From assembly GCA_947178195.1 (NCBI GenBank), contig CAMWXM010000001.1, forward strand, positions 1 through 59,838: 59,838 nucleotides of DNA, given 5' to 3'. Each line of letters opens with the position of its first letter. The stretch's first letter is position 1. A model generated the notes under the pieces. The model made no database searches. It was not told the DNA's origin and saw only the letters and a list, made by a program, of their open reading frames with translations. Shown here in pieces: positions 20,496-27,725 of this stretch. The DNA is from an uncultured Ruminococcus sp. Its GTDB lineage: Bacteria; Bacillota; Clostridia; Oscillospirales; Ruminococcaceae. A program made the translations under genes and the position numbers.

Positions 20496-21344
20496 TCATT
20501 CTCTCAATTTTCCTTTAAAAGGATTTTCGGCAATATATATCGCAGAAGCAGCCTTATAACTGTTTTCCGATTCAATATAAGCTGCCTTAGCTTTTGCCCT
20601 TTTAACTTTTTGAACATTACTATTTTTTATTTCGGTTTCAGCAGAAATATCTTTCTCATAGACCTTTGGAGAATTTTCGCCTTCAAAGGATTCCTCATAG
20701 GAAACAAATTCAGATTCCGATACGGTATTATTTTCCGTTTCAATATGAGCATATTTTTGAATTTCATCATAAAGCTTTTCTATTTCAGCTTTTTTCGAGT
20801 CAGTCTCCTGCTTTTCCGCCTGATGTACTTCATTCTCAGTAGGAAGCTTAGAAAATTCGCCGTCTTTTGCAAACTTGGCTTCTATTTTTTTAAATTCCTC
20901 TAATTTTTTCAATTCCTCCTGAGCGCTGCCTTTATTTGCCTTAATACGAATAAGAGCTTCGCTCAGCTTCGTCATCTTAAGCCGTTCTACTTCTTCCTTG
21001 GTCTTACAGCGTTTTAAATCACGTTCATAATTTTTAAGCTCCATTTCACGGCTTTTGAGCTTCTGATAAAGAGCCGGGTCTTTTTGCTGAAGATACCTCA
21101 TTTCAGAATATGTAAGATTAGCTCCTGCGTTTATTTTTGAATGTATGCTCTGAAGCGCTTTATCTTCATTACTATTTTCCTGCATTCTTTTATAATCTGC
21201 TTTGAATATATCGTTCTTTCTTTCCAGTTCGGTTTTTTTAGACTGCGATTGAAAATCATTTTCTTTTTTCTTTTTATTCCAGTCATATTTACGTTTTATA
21301 GTTTTTGCATAATTGGTAATAAGACCTATTTTCATAAAATCCAT
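20496..21344 (-). CDS. Hypothetical charged alpha-helical protein, no signal peptide
   Basis: Start at ATG 21344 after AAGGGAGG. K/E-rich, with core SKINAGANLTYSEMRYLQQKDPALYQK...YERDLKRCKTKEEVERLK, which resembles a clostridial hypothetical family (recollection only). Confidence 0.75.
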   Translation of the reverse strand: MDFMKIGLITNYAKTIKRKYDWNKKKKENDFQSQSKKTELERKNDIFKADYKRMQENSNEDKALQSIHSKINAGANLTYSEMRYLQQKDPALYQKLKSREMELKNYERDLKRCKTKEEVERLKMTKLSEALIRIKANKGSAQEELKKLEEFKKIEAKFAKDGEFSKLPTENEVHQAEKQETDSKKAEIEKLYDEIQKYAHIETENNTVSESEFVSYEESFEGENSPKVYEKDISAETEIKNSNVQKVKRAKAKAAYIESENSYKAASAIYIAENPFKGKLRE

Positions 21345-21474
21345 AAATAATCCTCCCTTTAAAAATACTGTCGCAAAGTCTGCGAGTATTCTATACATTA
21401 CATTATTCTGTAATATATATCGACGGAATTATTTTAAATTAAACACACGAACTGCTTTTTAATACAATTTTTTA

Positions 21475-22314
21475 CTACATCAAAGAAGCAATAGCAAAGG
21501 CGTCCAGACCCCCTGTATTTTCATTATCAGCGTTTTGAGGAACCTGGCTCATTTTTTCTTTTACTCTTGCTATAAGCGATTCCACCTTAGCTATTTCCGA
21601 TTCGTCGCACCAGCCCTTTTCAAGTCCAGCCTTGCAGTCAGCCATATCGACCTTCAGCAGCTCCATAACCTGCTGAAGCTGACTACGGTCAGCAGCGGCG
21701 GCTATCTGACGCATACGCTTTCCTACGTTTACGGCAACCTTCCCGCCCTCACTCTCCGAAATTTCCGGTACTTCTTCAGCTGTTTCCTGAGTCTGCTTAC
21801 CGTTTTCCTCTAACCACAATTTATATTCCGGGGATATTTCTATACTGTCCTTCCCTGAGTTTTTAGACGTATCCGATTTGCCGTTGACAAGAGAGGTGAT
21901 TTTTTCGTCTGCAAAAATTTCGTCAAGCAGCTTATGTGAAACAGGATCGCCATGTTTCCAATCTGGCATTTTTTCTTTGATTGCACTTGAAACAGCCCTT
22001 CCGATTTCCAGATGAAGTTGATTTAATGTCCAGTTTGCAGACAAACGGTCCTCTTTTTTCAGCGTTTTTAAATATTCGTTATTTTTGCGGTAATAAGCGT
22101 CCCATTCTGCTTCGTTATCTCCGGACATACCATTATATTTATAATATCCTTTTTTCACGTCCTCTAAAACATGCTGCTTCATTTCGTCAGACACGGGAAC
22201 GATTTTTTTCCAATCCCCATTTCTGCATGTTGCGCACATTCCCTCAACGCCGTAACTGTTTTTACGACCCGAACACTGAGACATTGTCTTGTAATTGTTA
22301 TTTACTATACTCAT
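21475..22314 (-). CDS. Hypothetical protein, DUF3879-like N-terminal part plus a separate helical C-terminal domain
   Basis: GAGGAG RBS. WKKIVPVSDEMKQ...KTLKKEDRLSANWTLNQL...PDWKHGDP resembles DUF3879 as I recall it; not verified by search. Confidence 0.65.
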   Translation of the reverse strand: MSIVNNNYKTMSQCSGRKNSYGVEGMCATCRNGDWKKIVPVSDEMKQHVLEDVKKGYYKYNGMSGDNEAEWDAYYRKNNEYLKTLKKEDRLSANWTLNQLHLEIGRAVSSAIKEKMPDWKHGDPVSHKLLDEIFADEKITSLVNGKSDTSKNSGKDSIEISPEYKLWLEENGKQTQETAEEVPEISESEGGKVAVNVGKRMRQIAAAADRSQLQQVMELLKVDMADCKAGLEKGWCDESEIAKVESLIARVKEKMSQVPQNADNENTGGLDAFAIASLM

Positions 22315-22336
22315 AAAAATCTCTCCTCAAATAATA

Positions 22337-23359
22337 TCAAAATAAACCTTTTATCATTCGTGTTATGTTAAAAATATTTGTCATATCCGTAAAACCTTTA
22401 CCGTAATCCAATACTGAAACAGTGTCTTTAACCATAGCGGCAATAAAATATTTTTTATTTGATTCCTGCTCCGCTTCAGCCCGTTTCAGAGAGCATTCCT
22501 CTATAAATTCTTTATATTCTGCTCTTCGTTTACGTTTTGCCGCCTGCTCCGCCTCAAACTGTTCCTGTTCCTCTTTGGTAGGACCGGTAAGCCTTCCACC
22601 TCCGCCGGTAACAGTGCAATGACGCACATCTCCGTTTTCATCAAGATCGAATACATAACTCTGACTTGCCTGATGCTCCGCCACATCAAAGCCATAAGAA
22701 GCTCCAACTGTATTATTCCAGCGATCATAATCCTCCTTCCATTCCTGCAGCTTTGCTACAATTTGCTTTGCATATTCAGGGTCTGTATCCATTTTCTGCT
22801 GTAAGCTGTCTGGTACGAGAACTGCAATTTTTCCCGGACCAATACTGCTATAATTTTTCTGTAAATCACTGCGAAGCTGAGAGGGATTTGCGCCCACAGG
22901 CTTCCAGTCGTTTAAAGCGTCCGCACTTGTATTTTTATCAAAATACTTCCAGAAAGGAAAATCATTTCTCTGCCAGTTTCTGTCGGAAATCTTAGCGTTT
23001 CCCACATGAGTTATAACCTCATATTTAGAAAATGCGTCGGCAAAGTTGGTTGCTCCTACTTTTCCTGTACTGTATTCCTTGCTTAATTTTGAAATATAAT
23101 CCGTAGAACCTGCCATTTTCATTGCATAAGCCTGCTGAAACGCACTTTTGGCAACAGGGTCGGTTATTTTATTCAGACGTTCCTGATAAGATTCGCCCAT
23201 ATAATTTTCTGTTCCGACTCCGTTAATGCCTGTTTCCTGAATTTCTTCTGCGGACTTGGCAGCCACAAGCTCAGAAAAACTTCTGTTTACATTTTTCTTT
23301 ACCGACATATTTTCTTTGTACTGTTGTGCTAAATAGTACCCTTCTAATTTACCTATCAT
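22337..23359 (-). CDS. Hypothetical protein, distant paralog of 23349..24071 (DUF6033-like core)
   Basis: GGAGG RBS and 11-nt overlap with the upstream gene. Shares a V.xP..L..M..(D/E)PE.A motif, a (D/H)E(N/D)G.V hairpin and a charged coiled-coil tail with the neighbouring gene. Confidence 0.7.
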   Translation of the reverse strand: MIGKLEGYYLAQQYKENMSVKKNVNRSFSELVAAKSAEEIQETGINGVGTENYMGESYQERLNKITDPVAKSAFQQAYAMKMAGSTDYISKLSKEYSTGKVGATNFADAFSKYEVITHVGNAKISDRNWQRNDFPFWKYFDKNTSADALNDWKPVGANPSQLRSDLQKNYSSIGPGKIAVLVPDSLQQKMDTDPEYAKQIVAKLQEWKEDYDRWNNTVGASYGFDVAEHQASQSYVFDLDENGDVRHCTVTGGGGRLTGPTKEEQEQFEAEQAAKRKRRAEYKEFIEECSLKRAEAEQESNKKYFIAAMVKDTVSVLDYGKGFTDMTNIFNITRMIKGLF

Positions 23360-24071
23360 TTAAAAAAATACCTCCGTTTATGTTCATTTTATAAGCTGCA
23401 ATAGCAGAACTTATATTTGTTGGTATTCCTGCATATGTAAACAAGCTTGATTCTGCCGACTGATTTGTAAGGTAATTTTCACGTTTATAAATCATCTTCA
23501 TCTGTGCTTTCAGTTCCTTTGCCGATTCAATGCTGCGTTCCAGATTAGCTTTTCTCTGTGCCACTTCTTTTTCTCTCTTTGCCTTATTGATTGCGTTTAC
23601 TTCTGCTACACGCTCCGGAGAATCTGCACAACCACCAATATAAGTAACACTTCCATCCTCATGGACAACTACACCGCACGGCTGGTAATCAAGCCCCTGT
23701 GCTGCAAATGATGCCTTTAACCTTGGTGTGGCATTAAAGAAATCATCTATTTTACTCTCATAGTAAGCTGCCTTTTCTGGTTCATTTGCCATTTGTTCTA
23801 GAATATTTGGTGCGATTACAACATCACTGCCGCTCATGCTTTTTCCTGTCCTGTCAAGACTTTGCTGATCTTTTCCGATATTCTGGATTCTCACATTACC
23901 ATACTTTGATTTCAGATACTCCTGATAAGCCTCCACCTTTGATGTATCCGCAGCCTCACTCATTTTTTGCAACTGCTCCGTAAAACTTGTTCTGCTTGTG
24001 GCTGTTTTCTGTGTTCTGCCGGCATACTGATATATACCTGACAAAGAACGGTTTACTCCCATAATATCCAT
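23349..24071 (-). CDS. Hypothetical protein, DUF6033-like
   Basis: Starts 2 nt after the kinase stop, with an AAGGAG RBS. YQEYLKSKY...VVIAPNILEQMANEPEKAAYYESKI...GVVVHEDGSVTY resembles DUF6033 as I recall it. Confidence 0.7.
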   Translation of the reverse strand: MDIMGVNRSLSGIYQYAGRTQKTATSRTSFTEQLQKMSEAADTSKVEAYQEYLKSKYGNVRIQNIGKDQQSLDRTGKSMSGSDVVIAPNILEQMANEPEKAAYYESKIDDFFNATPRLKASFAAQGLDYQPCGVVVHEDGSVTYIGGCADSPERVAEVNAINKAKREKEVAQRKANLERSIESAKELKAQMKMIYKRENYLTNQSAESSLFTYAGIPTNISSAIAAYKMNINGGIFLNDR

Positions 24072-24073
24072 AA

Positions 24074-25549
24074 TTAATTTTCTCCTTTCGTTTTTTCATT
24101 TTTCATCATAACTGACAATATGAACATATTGCCATTTACTTTAAAATCCATTGTTCCCTGATACTTTTCTGCAGTAATTTTTATATTAGCAAGACCTATC
24201 CCATGTGATTTTTTATCCTCCTTATCAGTTTCGGGAAATTCGTTCCGGGACTTTTTTATTAAATGTCCGTCAAAGCTATTTTCAACTTTAAGTATCAGCA
24301 GATTTCCTTTCAGAACCGAGCCTAAACGGATAAAAGCTTCGGCGCTTTCATCCTTTTCTTTAAACTTTACACAAGCTTCTATGGCATTATCAACGGCATT
24401 TCCGATAATTACGCCTATATCGTAGCAGTGTATTTTCATATCGTTCGGAAACAACAGCTTATCAGCGTCTATTTCCAAATCGGGCAGCTTTTCCTTTGCC
24501 TCATGATATTTCATATTAAGCAGAGTATCCACCACCGTATTGCCCGTTTTATAGCGTATTTCAAGCTTTTTCAGATTACTGTTAAGCTCTCCGAGATAGG
24601 CTTGTAACTCGTTATTTTTTTCGACAGAAAGCTGCTGAATGACATAAATCGTATTGCTCATGTCATGCTTCATGCTTCTGATACCCGAATAAATGCGCTC
24701 CATTTCATTCATATGTTCCTGTAAGCTATCCACCTGTTTTTCAAGAATGATTTTTCCGTTCCTTTCCCTGTGCAGACATATCATATCCTGAAACAGCTTT
24801 ACGCCGTATAAAATTGAAAGAAGAGCTAAAAGCAGTATGGCGGGAATGACTGCAATTAAAACAGGATATTTTTCGTACAGCATTTTTTGAACACTATCCT
24901 CCACAATAACGATAATAATTCGTAAAAGTATACATATCATCATGCCTGTTGCCGCAGGAGTGAGCAGAAACATAAGCTCTGTCCTGCTGATTTTAAAATC
25001 CTTATTCCGAAAATTGTTAATAATATTTTTTATAGGCAGATACAATAATAAAGCTATAACAAAATATTGAACAATCTGCTGCAAAATAATACTTCCGTAT
25101 ACTGTAACATTAATGGTCTTTAAAGATGTAATATATCCCTTTTCCACCCATGATATTAACAAGTCTGACCATTTTCCGCCTGCCTCGCTTAAAGGAATAA
25201 CTGCGGAATATCGGCTGATGTCGGATATTGCCTGAAAAGCGACCACTAAAAAAATCATAACAGGACGAAAGCCTTTATAAAAGCCAAGCGAAATAATTGC
25301 TGAAATACCAAGAGATATTATAACTCCCCCGATAGCAGTCTTATAATTTTCATATCCCGGCGGCATTACCAGGAAAATTATAATTTTAAAAACGGCGTAT
25401 ACTATTGTAACTAATATACTGCTCCATCTGCTTTTTATACGGCATTCAAGAAAGCTTCCAAGAAAATATTGCAGACAGTAACCTTGAAAAATATAAAGAA
25501 ATATCAGCAGAGACATATTTAATATTTTAAACACCGGACACACCTTCAT
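24074..25549 (-). CDS. AgrC/VirS-like membrane sensor histidine kinase (GHKL, HATPase_c_5 type)
   Basis: About 6-7 TM segments; H-box RSMKHDMSN, TGN..VD.LL, N-box IIGNAVDNAIEAC and G-box HGIGLANI. Confidence 0.9.
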   Translation of the reverse strand: MKVCPVFKILNMSLLIFLYIFQGYCLQYFLGSFLECRIKSRWSSILVTIVYAVFKIIIFLVMPPGYENYKTAIGGVIISLGISAIISLGFYKGFRPVMIFLVVAFQAISDISRYSAVIPLSEAGGKWSDLLISWVEKGYITSLKTINVTVYGSIILQQIVQYFVIALLLYLPIKNIINNFRNKDFKISRTELMFLLTPAATGMMICILLRIIIVIVEDSVQKMLYEKYPVLIAVIPAILLLALLSILYGVKLFQDMICLHRERNGKIILEKQVDSLQEHMNEMERIYSGIRSMKHDMSNTIYVIQQLSVEKNNELQAYLGELNSNLKKLEIRYKTGNTVVDTLLNMKYHEAKEKLPDLEIDADKLLFPNDMKIHCYDIGVIIGNAVDNAIEACVKFKEKDESAEAFIRLGSVLKGNLLILKVENSFDGHLIKKSRNEFPETDKEDKKSHGIGLANIKITAEKYQGTMDFKVNGNMFILSVMMKNEKTKGEN

Positions 25550-26228
25550 TCTGTAAATACCACATATACGCCTTTACAAATTCGCCGTATTTCTTTTTGG
25601 TCAGATATATCCTTTCGCCGCTTAAAACAGTTATGCTCTCCTTGTCATATTGAGATATATGGGACATATTCACGATATATGCCCGATGACTGCGGTAAAA
25701 GCTTTCTCCCAACTGCTTTTCAAATTCGTCCATTGAAGCGTAAATTTCTATTGGCTTATTTTTTCCGATAATGTGTATATCAGCCTTTTTTCCACGGCTT
25801 TCGATGTAGATAATATCTGATTGGTCAATAGTAATATTTTTTGTTTTTATAAAAAGCCTGTTGTTTTTGCTATGCTTTACAGCTTCCGCTGCCTTTTTCA
25901 ACACCTGAGAAAATTTCTTTTCGTCTATGGGCTTTAGCAGATAATGAAAAGCATAAAGATCAAGAGCGTCAAATACATACTCTTTCAGAGCAGTAATAAA
26001 TATTATAATAGTATCGTCTGACCTTTCACGCAGTATCCTTGCCGTATCAATGCCGTTCATATTCTCCATATGTATGTCAAGAAAAACAATGTCAAAGTTT
26101 TTTTCAGCCGCAAGCAGTTCCTCGCCTGTGCTGTAAGCCGACAGGTTATATTCGGGATTTTGCTTTTTTATCATTCCACATATATGCTCTCTGATGGTTT
26201 TTTCATCGTCTGCCACCGCTATATCCAA
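25527..26228 (-). CDS. LytTR-family response regulator (AgrA/VirR-like)
   Basis: Receiver domain (ADDE, FLDIHM, FIT, YLLKP) plus LytTR domain (IIYIES, FYRSHRAYIVNM). TTG start with GGAGG RBS; overlaps the kinase gene. Confidence 0.93.
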   Translation of the reverse strand: MDIAVADDEKTIREHICGMIKKQNPEYNLSAYSTGEELLAAEKNFDIVFLDIHMENMNGIDTARILRERSDDTIIIFITALKEYVFDALDLYAFHYLLKPIDEKKFSQVLKKAAEAVKHSKNNRLFIKTKNITIDQSDIIYIESRGKKADIHIIGKNKPIEIYASMDEFEKQLGESFYRSHRAYIVNMSHISQYDKESITVLSGERIYLTKKKYGEFVKAYMWYLQNEGVSGV

Positions 26229-26259
26229 AATTTATCCCTCCAATACTCACTCATATTTA

Positions 26260-26287
26260 TTATCGGCAGAAAATGCTAAATATTCAG
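26260..26287 (-). promoter_or_regulatory. Sigma28 (FliA/SigD)-like promoter
   Basis: Minus strand CTGAA-N15-GCCGATAA, against the consensus TAAA-N15-GCCGATAA; ends 31 nt upstream of the LytTR start codon. Confidence 0.6.
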
Positions 26288-26293
26288 CTCTTA

Positions 26294-26324
26294 GGAATAA
26301 AAGGCAGGGTTTTCGGGAATAAAA
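26294..26324. repeat. Pair of 9-bp direct repeats, candidate LytTR operator
   Basis: GGAATAAAA at 26294-26302 and 26316-26324 (period 22, spacer 13), just upstream of the putative -35. Confidence 0.5.
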
Positions 26325-26562
26325 AGAAAAACGGTGCCGCTCAGGAGTTGAAATGATTCTGCGCAAGAGGAGTTTTTTAACACTTTGAACCCTTGATATA
26401 ATTTCCAATATTATTACATTAAATACGGCTAATAATATATACGGGACGACGCTGAAAATTATCTTTCAGGATCGCCAGGTATATAAATTACACATTCAAG
26501 TCAATATTGCACAAGGGTTATGCTGAAGAGCGGTATTGCCTTAAAGATTGGAGATTATTATT

Positions 26563-26997
26563 ATGATTGAAAAGGATACTATAAAACTGCTGAGAGAATG
26601 TGACGCAGGGATCAAAATGGGAATATCGGCTCTCGATACCTCCTTACAATACGTTTCAAGTGCCAAGCTTAAAACAAAGCTTGAAAACAGCATGAAGGAC
26701 AATGAAAAAATCAAACACGACCTCCAGGATCTTCTTCACAAATATAACGATACCGGAAAAGAACCGGCTCTTATGGCTAAAAGCATGGCGTCTATAAAAA
26801 CCAATTTCAAGCTTGCCGTTAATGAATCTGATGCAACGATCGCCGACCTTATCACCGACGGTTGCAATATGGGAGTGAAGTCACTGTCACGCTATATGAA
26901 TAAATACAAGGCGGCTGACGAAAAATCCAAAAATATCGCTAAACAGCTTATCGGGGTTGAAGAAAAGCTTGCGGCGGATATAAGGGGATTTTTATAA
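26563..26997 (+). CDS. Conserved clostridial hypothetical protein, predicted ferritin-like four-helix bundle
   Basis: GGAG RBS and ATG at 26563. Internally repeated helix pairs (LLRECDAGIKMGISAL and DLITDGCNMGVKSL). Confidence 0.7.
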   Translation: MIEKDTIKLLRECDAGIKMGISALDTSLQYVSSAKLKTKLENSMKDNEKIKHDLQDLLHKYNDTGKEPALMAKSMASIKTNFKLAVNESDATIADLITDGCNMGVKSLSRYMNKYKAADEKSKNIAKQLIGVEEKLAADIRGFL

Positions 26998-27005
26998 AAC
27001 AATAA

Positions 27006-27070
27006 TAGCCGGACAACTTGAAAATGCTTTTATTTCTTGAATTTTCAAGTTATCCGGTTATATTTTTTAT
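27006..27070 (+). terminator. Long hairpin, probable intrinsic terminator
   Basis: 20-bp imperfect stem TAGCCGGACAACTTGAAAAT / ATTTTCAAGTTATCCGGTTA followed by TATTTTTT. Confidence 0.7.
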
Positions 27071-27156
27071 TTATTAACTTTTTGTTATTCTGCACAATGA
27101 CTAACATCAAAAACCATTCAAACTCAACAATTTTAATAATATAGGCATTTTTTTCT

Positions 27157-27184
27157 TTGACTTTTTGCGTTTTTATGGTATAAT
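27157..27184 (+). promoter_or_regulatory. SigA-type promoter for mgsA-like-hisS-aspS
   Basis: TTGACT-N16-TATAAT with TGn extension. Confidence 0.7.
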
Positions 27185-27301
27185 AAATATGAATTGCTTT
27201 TAAGAATTTTCGCCACAGCTTCCTGCACACTTCAGAAGCAGAACAAGCTGAAGCTTTTAAATATAAATCAATTAATTCATCAGAATGGAAAGGAATCCAA
27301 A

Positions 27302-27706
27302 ATGACATTAGCTCTTATCGCTCATGATTCAAAAAAAGAACTTATGGTTCAGTTTTGCACTGCTTACTGCGGAATACTGTCCAAATATAATATCTGCGCA
27401 ACAGGTACTACCGGAAAGCTTGTCAGCGAAGCTACCGGACTTGAAATTGTACGCTATCTCGGCGGTTCTCAGGGCGGCGGTCAACAGATAGGCGCAAGAA
27501 TTTCATGCAACGAGATTGATGTGCTTCTTTTTTTCCGTGATCCTATCAACCCGAAAGCTAACGAGCCTAACGATATAGATCTTCTCAGACTCTGCGATGT
27601 CCATAACGTTCCCGTTGCAACAAATATAGCTACCGCAGAAGCTCTTATCCTCGCTCTTGAAAGAGGCGATCTGGATTGGAGAGAAATCGGAAACCCACGT
27701 ATATAA
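27302..27706 (+). CDS. mgsA: Methylglyoxal synthase family protein with degenerate catalytic residues
   Basis: LALIAHDSKK, ATGTTG, QQIGA, FFRDP, LLRLCDVHNVPVATN. Start at ATG 27302 after GAAAGGA. Confidence 0.85.
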   Translation: MTLALIAHDSKKELMVQFCTAYCGILSKYNICATGTTGKLVSEATGLEIVRYLGGSQGGGQQIGARISCNEIDVLLFFRDPINPKANEPNDIDLLRLCDVHNVPVATNIATAEALILALERGDLDWREIGNPRI

Positions 27707-27725
27707 TTCAGAATGGAGAGTCTTT

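Noticed and set aside
24074-26228. Complete agr quorum-sensing or bacteriocin locus
   Set aside because: No AgrB, AgrD-like cyclic peptide precursor, double-glycine peptide or peptidase-ABC transporter is present in the window.
26248-26465. Minus-strand open stretch encoding a hydrophobic segment (IFSVVPYILLAVFNVIILEII...)
   Set aside because: No start codon or RBS before the hydrophobic part, and it runs over the promoter elements; chance or an unidentifiable remnant.
19510-27100. Integrative element or prophage boundaries around the accessory block
   Set aside because: No integrase, transposase, tRNA target or flanking direct repeats were seen.
27190-27301. Leader hairpin (CAGCTT..CTGC...GCAG..AAGCTG) as a T-box or riboswitch
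   Set aside because: No T-box consensus, specifier loop or terminator, and too short; no known aptamer recognised.
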